Source: Alphaproteobacteria bacterium MarineAlpha5_Bin7
Lineage (GTDB): Bacteria; Pseudomonadota; Alphaproteobacteria; HIMB59; GCA-002718135
Direction: 5' to 3'
DNA length: 64,000 nucleotides
Assembly (NCBI GenBank): GCA_002938195.1
Contig: PTKX01000004.1
Location: forward strand, 5,794-69,793
Shown here: piece after piece, positions 1 through 11,035 of the stretch
Position numbering within the stretch: position 1 is the first letter of the stretch
How the letters are laid out: the number at the start of each line of letters is the position of its first letter
Made by a program: the position numbers and the translations under genes
Notes under the pieces: generated by a model
Seen by the model: only the letters and a program-made list of their open reading frames with translations
What the model was told of the DNA's origin: nothing
Databases searched by the model: none

Positions 1-1
1 A

Positions 2-592
2 GATTTTACTTCATGGTATTCTCATTGTCCTGGCTTAAAAGTTGTGACTCCTTCTAATTCATACAATGCAAAAGGTTTATTAAAATCAGCAATAGATGAT
101 GACAATCCAGTTATTTTTCTTGAAAATGAAATTTTGTATTCTCATAAAAGCGCTGTACCAGTTGATACAAACTTTGAAATACCTTTAGGCAAAGCAAATA
201 CAGTATTCACAGGCAAAGATGTTACTATAGTTTCTTATTCAATAATGGTATCTAAATCAATTGAAGCAGCAAAAATATTAAATGAAAAAAATAATATTGA
301 TGTAGAGCTCATAGATTTGCAAACAATTAGACCTTTGGATCAGACAACAATAATTGAATCAGTAAAAAAAACTAATCGTTTAGTTGTTGTTGAAGAAGCA
401 TGGCCTTTCGCCAGTGTAGGTTCTGAAATTGCTTCATTAATTCAATATCATGCCTTTGATTATTTAGATGCTCCAATTTATAAAATTAATAGTGCGGATG
501 TTCCTATGCCTTACTCAAGTGTTTTAGAAAACAAATATCTACCTCAAGTTGAAGACATTGTTTTAGCTGTTGAAGAAGTCTGCTATATATAA
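2..592 (+). CDS. pdhB: pyruvate dehydrogenase E1 beta subunit, C-terminal part (5' end upstream of window)
   Basis: The reading frame is open to the window edge ([19 protein letters not shown]...). The sequence looks like a transketolase C-terminal domain ([13 protein letters not shown]) and the E2 gene follows 7 nt downstream. Confidence 0.85.
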   Translation, partial: DFTSWYSHCPGLKVVTPSNSYNAKGLLKSAIDDDNPVIFLENEILYSHKSAVPVDTNFEIPLGKANTVFTGKDVTIVSYSIMVSKSIEAAKILNEKNNIDVELIDLQTIRPLDQTTIIESVKKTNRLVVVEEAWPFASVGSEIASLIQYHAFDYLDAPIYKINSADVPMPYSSVLENKYLPQVEDIVLAVEEVCYI

Positions 593-599
593 TCCCATT

Positions 600-1814
600 A
601 TGTCAGTAAAAATTTTAATGCCTGCTTTATCTCCAACAATGACGGAGGGTGTTTTACAAAAATGGTTAGTTAAGATAGGAGATCAAGTTAAAGCTGGAGA
701 TGTCATAGCTGAAATTGAAACTGATAAAGCAACAATGGAATTAGAAACAGTTGATGAGGGAAAAATTACTAGCCTTTTAGTTACAGAAGGATCGGAAGGT
801 GTAGCAGTAAATACTCCAATAGCTATATTAAATGGATCTGAAAATGAAAAAATAGATAATACAAAAAAAGATGAACCAAAAAATCAAAATAATCAAGAAA
901 ATCAAGAAAAAGAAAAAATTTTTGAAAAGACTGAACCTAAAAAAAATATAAAAAATTTCGATAAAAATAAAACTAATAATAAATTTGCTTCACCTTATTC
1001 AAAAAAATTTGCAAGAGATAACAATATTGATTTAACTAATATTCAAGGATCTGGGCCAAATGGGAGAATAATTAAAAGAGATTTAAAATTAGACAAATTT
1101 ATTTCATCAACAGAATATAAATCAATTGAACCCAGCTCAATGAGAAAAATTATAGCAGAAAGGACAACTGCAACTAAAAATTCTGTTCCTCATTTTTATT
1201 TAACAATAGAATCTAATGTAGATAAACTATTAAAATTAAGAAAAAATATCAATGATCAATATAATGATAAAGTTTCTATCAATGATATTCTAGTTAAGGC
1301 TCTGGCAATTGCTCAAAAAAATAATCCTAAAACAAATGTTTCATGGCATAATGGAAAAATTATTCAATATTCTTCTGTTGATATATCTATAGCAGTGGCA
1401 TTAGACGAAGGTTTGATTACTCCTATAATTAAAAATGCAGATATAAAAGGTCTTTTAGAGATTTCTCAAGACAGTAAAACTTTAATAAAGAAAGCTAAAG
1501 AGGGCAAGTTAAATCCAGATGATTATAACGGAGGTACTATATCAATTTCTAATTTGGGCATGTATGGAATCAATGAATTTTCTGCAATTATTAATCCTCC
1601 TCAATCATCTATTTTGGCTGTCGGAGCAATTCAAAAAATTCCAAAAGTTATAAATGATGATATAAAAATTATTAATATAATGAAATCAACTTTATCAGCA
1701 GATCATAGAGTGTTAGATGGAGCCATTGCTGCACAAATGTTAAAAGAATTTAATGATATTATTGAAAATCCTTTTGATTTATGGTTACAAAGCAAAGATA
1801 TGGAAATAATTTGA
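600..1814 (+). CDS. pdhC: dihydrolipoamide acetyltransferase (E2) of pyruvate dehydrogenase
   Basis: Lipoyl domain with '[12 protein letters not shown]', an E3-binding segment '[16 protein letters not shown]', and the catalytic 'DHRVLDG' motif. I prefer the ATG at 600 ([17 protein letters not shown]) over the ORF-track start at 570. Confidence 0.9.
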   Translation: MSVKILMPALSPTMTEGVLQKWLVKIGDQVKAGDVIAEIETDKATMELETVDEGKITSLLVTEGSEGVAVNTPIAILNGSENEKIDNTKKDEPKNQNNQENQEKEKIFEKTEPKKNIKNFDKNKTNNKFASPYSKKFARDNNIDLTNIQGSGPNGRIIKRDLKLDKFISSTEYKSIEPSSMRKIIAERTTATKNSVPHFYLTIESNVDKLLKLRKNINDQYNDKVSINDILVKALAIAQKNNPKTNVSWHNGKIIQYSSVDISIAVALDEGLITPIIKNADIKGLLEISQDSKTLIKKAKEGKLNPDDYNGGTISISNLGMYGINEFSAIINPPQSSILAVGAIQKIPKVINDDIKIINIMKSTLSADHRVLDGAIAAQMLKEFNDIIENPFDLWLQSKDMEII

Positions 1815-2743
1815 TGACTATTAGACATCCAGAAAAAGTACATAGGAAAAAAAATAATATTCCAAAAAAACCTCCTTGGATTAGAGTAAAGGCGCCAATC
1901 TCAAATCTTTTTAAACTAACTAGTAAAGTTATAAAAAAAAATAATATAACTACTGTTTGCGAAGAAGCTTCTTGCCCTAATATTTCTGAGTGTTGGCAAA
2001 AAAAACATGCTACATTTATGATTTTAGGAGATACTTGTACAAGAGCATGCTCTTTTTGTAATGTAAAAACGGGTAAACCTAATATAATTGATATTTTTGA
2101 ACCAAATAAAATTGCTAAAACTGTTAAGGAACTAAAATTAAAACATGTAGTTATTACAAGTGTTGATAGAGATGATTTAATAGATGGTGGAGCTCAACAC
2201 TTTGTAAATGTGATTAATAAAATTAGAAAAGAATGTAAAAAAACTACAATTGAAATATTAACTCCTGACTTTTATAAAAAAATTAATGCTAAAAATATTC
2301 TATATCAATCAATGCCTGATGTTTTTAACCATAATTTAGAAACAGTGCCTCGTTTATATCCAACTATTCGACCTGGATCTCGTTATTTTGTAAGCTTGGA
2401 ACTTTTAAATGACGTTAAAGAAAAAAATCCTTTAGTATTCACAAAATCAGGTTTGATGGTTGGATTAGGTGAAACTAAAGAAGAAATTTATCAAGTCATG
2501 GATGATTTGCGTTCAGCAAATGTTGATTTTTTAACTATTGGCCAATATTTGCCACCATCAGAGCAGCATGCAAAATTAGAAAAATTTATTACCCCCAATG
2601 AATTTAATGATTATCAAATTATGGCAAAAGCAAAAGGATTTTTGATGGTTTCTTCTTCTCCTCTTACTAGATCAAGTTATCATGCATCTGAAGATTTTGC
2701 AAAACTAAAATTAGCTAGAGAAAATAGAAATAAAATTAATTAA
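1814..2743 (+). CDS. lipA: lipoyl synthase
   Basis: Auxiliary cluster '[13 protein letters not shown]' and radical-SAM '[10 protein letters not shown]'. The ATG at 1814 overlaps the pdhC TGA stop, so the 1781 start is rejected. Confidence 0.92.
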   Translation: MTIRHPEKVHRKKNNIPKKPPWIRVKAPISNLFKLTSKVIKKNNITTVCEEASCPNISECWQKKHATFMILGDTCTRACSFCNVKTGKPNIIDIFEPNKIAKTVKELKLKHVVITSVDRDDLIDGGAQHFVNVINKIRKECKKTTIEILTPDFYKKINAKNILYQSMPDVFNHNLETVPRLYPTIRPGSRYFVSLELLNDVKEKNPLVFTKSGLMVGLGETKEEIYQVMDDLRSANVDFLTIGQYLPPSEQHAKLEKFITPNEFNDYQIMAKAKGFLMVSSSPLTRSSYHASEDFAKLKLARENRNKIN

Positions 2744-2745
2744 AA

Positions 2746-3183
2746 ATGAAATCTTCTCAAAAAGAGATCATAATTAATCATGATGCAAAAGATTTATATA
2801 ATATAGTTATAGATATAGAAAAATATCCAGAATTTATTCCTTGGTGCAGTAATATTATAATTACAGATAATAATGATAAATTAATTATAGCAGATATGTA
2901 TGTTAATTATAAATTTTTTCCTACCCAAAAATTTACTTCAAAAGTTTTCTATAATAAAAAAAAATTAATAATTAATACAAATTATATGAATGGACCATTA
3001 AAAGATTTAAAAACGGAATGGATATTTAAAAGAATAAATAAAAGTAAAACTAAAGTTTTATTTAATATAAATTTTGAGTTTGAAAAATTATTACATCAAA
3101 AATTAGCAGAGATTTTTTTTCCTCTTATTGAAAATACTATGATTGATTCATTTAAAAAAAGATCTGATGACTTATTAAATTAA
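2746..3183 (+). CDS. SRPBCC-fold protein, RatA/COQ10 (polyketide cyclase-dehydrase) family
   Basis: Length ~145 aa, 'YPEFIPWC' motif, and the conserved position after lipA seen in alphaproteobacteria. Confidence 0.7.
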   Translation: MKSSQKEIIINHDAKDLYNIVIDIEKYPEFIPWCSNIIITDNNDKLIIADMYVNYKFFPTQKFTSKVFYNKKKLIINTNYMNGPLKDLKTEWIFKRINKSKTKVLFNINFEFEKLLHQKLAEIFFPLIENTMIDSFKKRSDDLLN

Positions 3184-3639
3184 ATTTTCAATTTCTTTTA
3201 AAACAAAATTGACTGTTTTTTCTTGTATTTGTTTTCTAGTACCTTTAAAATTTTTCTTAAAAATAATATTTTTTTTATTATATTTTATCCCAATAAATAC
3301 TAAACCTACTGGTTTGTTTTTAGACTCACCTTTAGGGCCGGCTATTCCAGTAGTGCTAATGCACAGATCACTTCTAGAAATTTTTTTTAAATTATCTATC
3401 ATAAAAGTTGCTGTTTCTTTACTTACAGCTCCAAAACTCTTTAATTTATTTTTCTCTATATTTAAAATCATAGTTTTTGATTTATTTGAATAAACAACCA
3501 GTCCCATATCAAATATTTTTGATACTCCTGGAATTGAAACAAAAGTTGAACTTAATAAACCTCCGGTGCATGATTCTGCTACTGAAATTGAAATATTTTT
3601 CTTAATTAATTTGTTAATTATATTTTTATATAAAAGCAT
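3175..3639 (-). CDS. cinA: CinA C-terminal domain protein (nicotinamide-nucleotide amidohydrolase PncC-like)
   Basis: 'AESCTGGLL' and 'TTGIAGP' motifs. At 154 aa it is the PncC domain only. Confidence 0.85.
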   Translation of the reverse strand: MLLYKNIINKLIKKNISISVAESCTGGLLSSTFVSIPGVSKIFDMGLVVYSNKSKTMILNIEKNKLKSFGAVSKETATFMIDNLKKISRSDLCISTTGIAGPKGESKNKPVGLVFIGIKYNKKNIIFKKNFKGTRKQIQEKTVNFVLKEIENLI

Positions 3640-4093
3640 TAATTAAAAATAATGTAAAAAGAGTAAATACACCAGCAATTAAATCATCTAAAATAACGCC
3701 AAAAGAATTTTTATAATTTTTATCTATCCAGTTAGCTGGAAACGGTTTTAATATATCAAAAAATCTAAATAAAAAAAATATTAATAAAATTTTAATGAAA
3801 AAATTTATAGAATTAAAATTTTCATAGAAAAGCATAATTAAATAGATTCCTAAAAATTCATCAATTATAATTTCTTTCGAATCATTTCTACTGATTGATT
3901 TTGAATATATATGAATAAATATTATACTTAATATAAAAATGATACTGAATAAAAAAATGTGAAAAAACAAACTAAAAAAATCAATTATTAATAAAGTAAT
4001 AATTAATGCAGCCAATGATCCAAAGGTGCCAGGAACCCATTTAATATATCCTAGATAAAAAAAAGTAGAAAATATTTTAGATAATTCAATCAT
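3626..4093 (-). CDS. pgpA: phosphatidylglycerophosphatase A
   Basis: 'PGTFGSLAAL' and 'DDLIAG' motifs in a polytopic membrane protein of ~155 aa. Confidence 0.8.
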   Translation of the reverse strand: MIELSKIFSTFFYLGYIKWVPGTFGSLAALIITLLIIDFFSLFFHIFLFSIIFILSIIFIHIYSKSISRNDSKEIIIDEFLGIYLIMLFYENFNSINFFIKILLIFFLFRFFDILKPFPANWIDKNYKNSFGVILDDLIAGVFTLFTLFLINAFI

Positions 4094-5231
4094 TTTTTAA
4101 TTGCACTATAGATTCTGCAGCGATACCTTCACCTGAATTTATAAACCGAATCTTTTCATTTGTTGTAGATTTAATAGATATATTTTTGATATTTATTTTA
4201 AGTAATGAAGAAATATTTTTTTTCATTTTATTTACATATTTAGAAATTTTAGGTTTTTCACATATAAAATTTACATCTAAATTTACTATCGTAAATTTTT
4301 TTCTTTGTAATTGTTCTTTGCAATATTTAATAAAAATTTTCGAATTTGCATCTTTCCATTTTTTATTTTTATTATTAAAATGGTACCCAATATCTCTCAT
4401 TGATAAGGCTCCAAAAATACTATCACAAATTGCATGATATCCAACATCTGCATCTGAATGACCAATAAGTGGAAAGTAAGGTATTTTAACGCCACACAAT
4501 GTTAATAATTTTTTAGAATTTAAATTAATTTTATGAATATCGTAACCTATACCGCTTCTAAATTCTTTTATTTTTAATTTATTAAATAATTGTATATCTT
4601 CTTGATATGTTATTTTGAAATTTATTTTTTCACCTTTTATATATTTTGTTTTGATACCAATATTTTCAGTTAATGATGCATCATCTTTATTATTTTCAGT
4701 TTTACAAATTTTATGTGCCTTTAAAATTGTTTTATATTTAAATGCTTGAGGAGTTTGTATATTCATAATTTTATTATTAATTGATAAATTAACCTCCTTA
4801 TTTTTAGTCAAATCATTTGATGTGATATATGGGGCAACAGAATCATTATTTTTTAATGATTTAATTAATCGATTAATTAAATTATTTGAAGCTAGAGGAC
4901 GAGCAGAATCATGTATCAGAATATTTTTCGGATTTTTTCGAATTAGGGAATAAACACCTTTTCTTGAAGACTCTTGTCTAGTTTTCCCTGAATTTATTAT
5001 ATTTATATTATGTTTAATAAATTGTTTTTTAATATCTTTTAGAAATTTTTTATGCGTAGTTTTATCTGAAACTATATGTATTATATCAAATATTTTATAA
5101 TCTAAATTTTTCAAAAAATACTCAATAAGATTGTAATTTCCAAATTTTTTGAATTGTTTAGGTATTGATTTTTGGTGATTTGAAAATCTTTTTCCTGTTC
5201 CTCCAGCTAGCAATATTAGTGCATTTTTCAT
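4086..5231 (-). CDS. ispDF: bifunctional 2-C-methyl-D-erythritol 4-phosphate cytidylyltransferase / MEcPP synthase
   Basis: The N-terminal part has 'LLAGGTGKRF' (IspD). The C-terminal part has 'GIGYDIHK' and 'GHSDADVGYHA' (IspF). Confidence 0.92.
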   Translation of the reverse strand: MKNALILLAGGTGKRFSNHQKSIPKQFKKFGNYNLIEYFLKNLDYKIFDIIHIVSDKTTHKKFLKDIKKQFIKHNINIINSGKTRQESSRKGVYSLIRKNPKNILIHDSARPLASNNLINRLIKSLKNNDSVAPYITSNDLTKNKEVNLSINNKIMNIQTPQAFKYKTILKAHKICKTENNKDDASLTENIGIKTKYIKGEKINFKITYQEDIQLFNKLKIKEFRSGIGYDIHKINLNSKKLLTLCGVKIPYFPLIGHSDADVGYHAICDSIFGALSMRDIGYHFNNKNKKWKDANSKIFIKYCKEQLQRKKFTIVNLDVNFICEKPKISKYVNKMKKNISSLLKINIKNISIKSTTNEKIRFINSGEGIAAESIVQLKND

Positions 5232-5318
5232 AAATTCATATATAAATTAAATATTAAGTTATTAAGGATAAATATACACTTTAATATATATAATTTGGAT
5301 AATTTATAATCTTTATTA

Positions 5319-7457
5319 ATGAACATTATATCAAAATTTCTTCAATCTATCTATATTTCTAAAATTACTTTTTATGTTTTTATTATTTTAATAATTTTGA
5401 GTTTTTCCATAACTTTCTACTTACTACTTCCTGACAATCAACTAATTAAAGATCCTAGTAATTTGCAATATTGGTTGCTTGCAGACGTAATATTCGTACT
5501 TATTCTTACAAGTTTGATTATCCGCCAGATTTTAATGATAATTATTTATAGAAGAAAAAATCTTCATGAATCTAAATTATATATAAAATTTATCAATTTA
5601 TTTACTGCAATGGCACTAGGCCCAACTATTGGCGTAGTTGTTATCACGTCATTGTTTTTTAATTTAGAATTAAGAACACTTTATGGAGGTGCTTTTCGAG
5701 GAATAGTTGAAAATTCTAATTTAGTAGCAAAAGATTACCAAGATCAGATACAAGCCGAATTAATATCAGATACGCAATTAATTATGAGAGAAATTCTTAA
5801 ATTAACAAAGAATAATGAAGTTCAGAAAAATGAAATTGAAATTGCTTTAATTGAATTTATTAATTTAAGAACAATATCTAATGTTTATCTTTTCAATAAA
5901 AAAGGAGAAGTATTTATTAGCTCTGAAGATAAAAAAATTCTAAACTTTACTTTACCTGATACAGATATTTTTTCATTATTAGACAAAAATCAAGTCTATA
6001 TTTTTGAACAAGGAGATAGTTTTCTCTCAGCCTATAAAAAAATAAATTTTTTGAATGATATTTATATTCAAGTTAATAGAAATATAAATAGAAATACTTG
6101 GCAGCATATAATTGATACAAAAAAGTTTTACGAAATTTATAATACAAAAGAAGAAGAGAGTGCGGGAATCCAAATTACATTCGCTATGATTTTTGTACTG
6201 TTTTCACTTTGTTTTATATTAATTGCAGTTTTAATTGGATTTAATTTGGCAAGGAGATTATCTCAACCAATAACCAATTTAATTCATTCCGCTAATGAAA
6301 TTTCAAAAGGTAATTATGATGCCAGTGTATCAGAAGAGGATCAATTCGAAGAAATAAAGATACTTTTAACGACTTATAATAAAATGATTACTGATATAAA
6401 ATTTAAACAAAATCAAATTTTATCAAAAAGTGAAGAAGATGAAACTAAAAGAATTTTTATTGAGGCTATTTTAAGTCTTCTCACCATAGGCGTTATATCT
6501 CTAGATGAAAAATTCAATATCAATTTATTCAATAACTCATCTTTAAAAATTCTTAATAAAAATAATGAAGATCTAGAAAATAAAAATTTTGTTAAAGTAT
6601 TTCCTGAATGGGATAAACTGATAAGTAACTTTAAAAAATCAAAAAGATTAATTGAAAATTTTCAAATAGAATTAGTAATTAATGATAATACTAGAAATTT
6701 AAATTTAAGAATAATTAAAGAGATTAAAGAAAATACAATTTCTGGTTATGTTGTTACGGTAGATGATATGACCTCATTGATCTTGGCAGAAAAACATGCA
6801 GCTTGGTCCGATATTGCAAGAAAGATAGCTCATGAAGTAAAAAACCCTTTAACTCCAATTAAACTATCTGCTGAAAGAATAGAAAAAAAATCTAATGATA
6901 AATCAATTAATTTTAGCGAAATTAATGTTTTAACTCAGACTATTTCCAAACAAGTAGATGATATTGGAAAATTAATAGATGAATTTTCATCTTTTGCAAG
7001 AATGCCAGAAGCTGAAATTAAACTGGACAATCTTTCTCAAACATTAAAAGAATCCTATGATTTGTTTTCAAATGCTCATTCTAAAATTAATATGAAACTT
7101 GATTCCCAAAGAAAGGATATATTTTTACATTTTGATAGATTTCAAATTACTCAAGCTTTTAATAATATAATTAAAAATGCTGTCGAAGCCGTAATAAATA
7201 TACCTAACCCCTCCATTAATATAAGTTTATTAGAAGATAATAATTTGATTAAATTTATTGTTATTGATAATGGGATTGGTATTGATGAGAAGAAAATTTC
7301 TAAATTATTTGAACCTTATTTTACAACTAAAGAAAAAGGTACTGGACTGGGTCTTTCAATTGTTAAAAAAATTATTGAAGATCATGGAGGTGCTATTAAA
7401 ATTGAAAAAAATAAAAATATGACAGGAACAAAAACTATAGTAACTTTTGAAAATTGA
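5319..7457 (+). CDS. ntrY: sensor histidine kinase NtrY
   Basis: N-terminal TM segments, a HAMP-like region, the H-box 'AHEVKNPLTPI', and the ATPase 'GTGLGLSIVKKIIEDHGG'. It is followed by ntrX with a 4-nt overlap. Confidence 0.88.
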   Translation: MNIISKFLQSIYISKITFYVFIILIILSFSITFYLLLPDNQLIKDPSNLQYWLLADVIFVLILTSLIIRQILMIIIYRRKNLHESKLYIKFINLFTAMALGPTIGVVVITSLFFNLELRTLYGGAFRGIVENSNLVAKDYQDQIQAELISDTQLIMREILKLTKNNEVQKNEIEIALIEFINLRTISNVYLFNKKGEVFISSEDKKILNFTLPDTDIFSLLDKNQVYIFEQGDSFLSAYKKINFLNDIYIQVNRNINRNTWQHIIDTKKFYEIYNTKEEESAGIQITFAMIFVLFSLCFILIAVLIGFNLARRLSQPITNLIHSANEISKGNYDASVSEEDQFEEIKILLTTYNKMITDIKFKQNQILSKSEEDETKRIFIEAILSLLTIGVISLDEKFNINLFNNSSLKILNKNNEDLENKNFVKVFPEWDKLISNFKKSKRLIENFQIELVINDNTRNLNLRIIKEIKENTISGYVVTVDDMTSLILAEKHAAWSDIARKIAHEVKNPLTPIKLSAERIEKKSNDKSINFSEINVLTQTISKQVDDIGKLIDEFSSFARMPEAEIKLDNLSQTLKESYDLFSNAHSKINMKLDSQRKDIFLHFDRFQITQAFNNIIKNAVEAVINIPNPSINISLLEDNNLIKFIVIDNGIGIDEKKISKLFEPYFTTKEKGTGLGLSIVKKIIEDHGGAIKIEKNKNMTGTKTIVTFEN

Positions 7458-8809
7458 TGTCTCATAAAGTTTTAATTATAGATGATGAGAAAGATATTTG
7501 TTATTTAATATCGGAAATACTAAAAGATGAAAATTTTGTTTCAGATTTTAGTACTAATTCTGCCGATGCTTTAAATAAGTTTGAAATTTTTAAACCTGAT
7601 TTAGTCATTTTAGATGTTTGGTTAGGTAATAGTGAGCTTGATGGATTAGAATTATTAAAAGAATTTAAAAAAAATAGTCCTCAAATTCCGATTATAATAA
7701 TTAGCGGACATGGCACAGTTGATATGGCTGTTAATGCAATTAAAAATGGTGCATACGATTTTCTTGAGAAACCTTTTAATAGTGAAAAAATATTAATATT
7801 ATCTAAAAGAGCCTTAGAAGCTGCAAAACTTATTGATGAAAATAAATATTTAAAGAAAATTGTTGATCCAAAAATTCCAATTACAGGCAATTCTCAATTT
7901 ATAATTAATTTAAAAAAAAATTTATCAAAAATTTCTGATACCAATTCAAGAATATTGATATTAGGCCCAAAAGGATCAGGAAAAAAATTTATTGCTCAGA
8001 ATATACATAAAAATTCAAACAAATCTAACTCAATAGCAAATATTATTGATTTAAAAAATTTAAGTGAATCTGAATTAAATACGATGTTTGTTGAAGATAA
8101 ATTTAATATAGATCAAAATATATTTATTAAATCTAACAACAATACTCTTATACTTTATAATATAGATTTTTTACCTATTAACTTCCAAAAAAAAATCTTA
8201 AACTACCTTGAGAATGATCAATATTTTAAAAATTTTGGTATAAATTTAGACGTTAAGATAATAGCTATTATTTCTAACAATATTGAACAAGAAATAAAAA
8301 AAGGTAATTTTATTCAAAATTTATATAATCGACTTAATGTAATTAATATCAAAGTTCCATCTATTGATGAAAGAAGAGAAGATATACTTCCTATTTGTGA
8401 ATTTTATTTAAATTATTATAATAAAAATAAGAAATATAAATTTTCTTTTTCTAAAAAGTCTGCTGATAAGTTAGAAACTTATGCATGGCCTGGTAATGTC
8501 AGGCAGATCATTAATTATATTGAAAAAACCCTTATATTAAATCAAGATCTTAATCAAAAATCAGATTATGAATTAACTAACTTGCCCCTAGATATGGGTG
8601 AAAATGAAGAAAAAAATGAATCTTCTATTGATTTAACTTTGTCATTAAAAGATGCTAGATTTAATTTTGAAAAGCAATATTTCTTATCGCAAATTAAACG
8701 TTTTAATGGTAATATTACTAAAATATCAGAATTTACTGGTATGGAGAGAACAGCTCTTTATAGAAAATTTAAATCTTTAAATATCACCATTAATAATATC
8801 AACAGATAA
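7454..8809 (+). CDS. ntrX: response regulator NtrX (receiver + degenerate AAA+ + HTH)
   Basis: Receiver 'VLIIDDE...LVILDVWL', Walker-A-like 'GPKGSGKK', 'WPGNVRQ', and a C-terminal Fis-type HTH. No GAFTGA loop is present. Confidence 0.85.
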   Translation: MMSHKVLIIDDEKDICYLISEILKDENFVSDFSTNSADALNKFEIFKPDLVILDVWLGNSELDGLELLKEFKKNSPQIPIIIISGHGTVDMAVNAIKNGAYDFLEKPFNSEKILILSKRALEAAKLIDENKYLKKIVDPKIPITGNSQFIINLKKNLSKISDTNSRILILGPKGSGKKFIAQNIHKNSNKSNSIANIIDLKNLSESELNTMFVEDKFNIDQNIFIKSNNNTLILYNIDFLPINFQKKILNYLENDQYFKNFGINLDVKIIAIISNNIEQEIKKGNFIQNLYNRLNVINIKVPSIDERREDILPICEFYLNYYNKNKKYKFSFSKKSADKLETYAWPGNVRQIINYIEKTLILNQDLNQKSDYELTNLPLDMGENEEKNESSIDLTLSLKDARFNFEKQYFLSQIKRFNGNITKISEFTGMERTALYRKFKSLNITINNINR

Positions 8810-8815
8810 TCTAGT

Positions 8816-10192
8816 ATGAAATCAATAATTTGTGGGGCAGGTGCTGTCGGTCAGAGTATAGCTGAAAAACTATCTAATGAAGGTTTTGAGGTGACTGTAG
8901 TAGATGAGTCTAAAGAACAATTAAAAAAAATATCAGACAACTTAGATGTAAAAACTGTAATTGGTCCATCTAGTCATCCTTCAATATTATCTTTAGCTGG
9001 GGCAAAAGATTGCGATATTTTAATAGCAGTAACCAAAAGTGATGAGAATAACATGATATCATGTCAAATAGGTTATTCTCTTTTTAAAATTCCAACTAAA
9101 ATAGCAAGAATAAGACAACAAGACTATCTCAAAGGTGAATGGATGAGTTTATATAATAAAGAAAATCTTCCTATTGATGCAATCATTTCACCAGAAAATG
9201 AAGTAGCTAAAGCAATATTTAGAAGATTACATGCTCCTGGTGCTATAGATATGGTTGAGCTAGCAAATAACAAATTAAAATTAGTTGGTTTAAAGTGCGA
9301 AGATCAATGTCCCATTTTAAACACATCTATAAGAGAACTATCTAAAAAATTTCAAAATACTTTATCAAATATTTTGTTAGTAATTAGAAATGAAGAAAAA
9401 TTTGTTGTTAATTCAAAAACAACTCTTAAAAAAAATGATATTGTTTATTTTGTTGTTGATAATGATGATTTTATTGAAGTTATGAAAGCATTTGGGCATG
9501 AGGAAACTGAAGCTCAAAAAATCGTCATTATTGGAGGTGGAAATATAGGCTATTCTTTAGCTAAAAAAATAGATGAAGAAGATAAAAATATTACTACCCA
9601 CCTAATTGAATCTGATAAAAAAAGAGCTGAGTTTTTAGCTTCTAACTTAGAATCAGTATCAATAACAAATGGCGATGCATTAGAAAATGAAATTTTAGAT
9701 GAAGTGAATATTTCAGAAGCTGGCAATTTTATTGCCGTTACTAATGACGATGAAGTTAACATTTTATCATCCTTACTTGCCAAAAGGGCAGGAGCCCAAA
9801 GCTGCATGACTCTAATAAATAATAGTTCATACGGTTCATTGTTAAATAATATAGGTATAGATATAACTATAGACCCTAAACTTGTTACAATTTCTAAAAT
9901 ATTAGAAAAAGTTAGAAGTGGCAGAATTATGAATGATTATACAATTGCCGATGGTTTTGGAGAAGTTATAGAGGCAGAAATACTTCCGAATTCAGCTTTC
10001 ACTAATAAAAAATTGTCTGAAATGAACCTTTCAAAAAATATTAGAGTTGGTGCAATTTTACGAGATAAAAAGATTATAATTCCAAATAGTGAAACAATAT
10101 TTAAAGAAAATGATGATGTTGTCTTTTTTTCTGAAACTACTAGTGTTAAAAAATTGGAAAAACTTTTGTCAATAAGACAACAATACTCTTAA
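8816..10192 (+). CDS. trkA: Trk potassium uptake system NAD-binding subunit
   Basis: Two RCK/Rossmann repeats ('GAGAVG', 'GGGNIG') in a 458-aa protein. It sits after ntrYX, as in other alphaproteobacteria. Confidence 0.9.
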   Translation: MKSIICGAGAVGQSIAEKLSNEGFEVTVVDESKEQLKKISDNLDVKTVIGPSSHPSILSLAGAKDCDILIAVTKSDENNMISCQIGYSLFKIPTKIARIRQQDYLKGEWMSLYNKENLPIDAIISPENEVAKAIFRRLHAPGAIDMVELANNKLKLVGLKCEDQCPILNTSIRELSKKFQNTLSNILLVIRNEEKFVVNSKTTLKKNDIVYFVVDNDDFIEVMKAFGHEETEAQKIVIIGGGNIGYSLAKKIDEEDKNITTHLIESDKKRAEFLASNLESVSITNGDALENEILDEVNISEAGNFIAVTNDDEVNILSSLLAKRAGAQSCMTLINNSSYGSLLNNIGIDITIDPKLVTISKILEKVRSGRIMNDYTIADGFGEVIEAEILPNSAFTNKKLSEMNLSKNIRVGAILRDKKIIIPNSETIFKENDDVVFFSETTSVKKLEKLLSIRQQYS

Positions 10193-11035
10193 ATGAGCAA
10201 AATAGTATTTTTAAATTCAAGATATATAGATTTTAAAAAAGCTTTTATCCACATAGAAGATAGAGGTTTGCAATTTTCCGATAGTGTTTATGAAGTTATA
10301 CCTTTTTATAATTTGAGCTTAATAGATTTTAATTTTCATTTTTTAAGATTGAAGTACTCCTTAAAAGAATTAAATATTAAGTACTATCCAAAAAAAAAAT
10401 CATTAAAAAAAATATTTGATAAGTTGATCAAAATAAATAAAATAAAATCAGGAATAATATATTTACAAGTTACTAGAGGTGTTCAAAATAGAGATCATTC
10501 ATATAAAGATAATTTAATTCCTAATGTAATTATATACATTCAAAAAAAATTATTAAATATAGCAAAAAGTAAAATTAAAGGTAAGAAAGCAATTACCCAT
10601 AAAGATTTAAGATGGAAAAGAAGAGATATAAAATCAGTTTCTTTATTAGCTAATGTAATTGCAAAAAAAGAAGCTTCCAAAAAAAAAGCTTATGAAGCTA
10701 TTTTAATAGATAAAGGTAAAATTACTGAAGCCACAGCTTCAAATGTTTGGATTATTAAAAATAAGACATTAATTACTCATCCTGCTAATACTGATATATT
10801 AAAAGGTGTAACTAGAGAATCTATAAAAAAAATAATAAAAATAAATAGATTAAAATTGAAAGAAAAAAGTTTTACTGTCAAAGAATTATATAATGCTGAT
10901 GAAGTTTTTATTACAAGTTCAACAAGTTTTGTAACGCCGATAGTAAAAATTGACTCAAAATTGATTAATCAGGGTAAAGTAGGTAATATTACATCACAAC
11001 TTGCAATATTATATTCAAATTTATTTATTAATTAA
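10193..11035 (+). CDS. dat: class IV aminotransferase, D-amino-acid transaminase-like
   Basis: 'EDRGLQFSDSVYEVI' and the PLP-lysine context 'RRDIKSVSLLANV'; 280 aa. Confidence 0.65.
   Translation: MSKIVFLNSRYIDFKKAFIHIEDRGLQFSDSVYEVIPFYNLSLIDFNFHFLRLKYSLKELNIKYYPKKKSLKKIFDKLIKINKIKSGIIYLQVTRGVQNRDHSYKDNLIPNVIIYIQKKLLNIAKSKIKGKKAITHKDLRWKRRDIKSVSLLANVIAKKEASKKKAYEAILIDKGKITEATASNVWIIKNKTLITHPANTDILKGVTRESIKKIIKINRLKLKEKSFTVKELYNADEVFITSSTSFVTPIVKIDSKLINQGKVGNITSQLAILYSNLFIN

Noticed and set aside
570-599. Longer N-terminal extensions offered by the ORF track: 570 for pdhC, 1781 for lipA, 19342 for ruvX, 30346 for lepB, 38710 for the TRAP binding protein, 51780 for rplM, 43176 for ribE, 13200 for the MFS gene and 50091 for plsX.
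   Set aside because: Downstream ATGs give N-termini matching family consensus (lipoyl domain start, Tat signal preceded by GGAGGA, MFAGIIQG, and so on) and avoid long overlaps with upstream genes.
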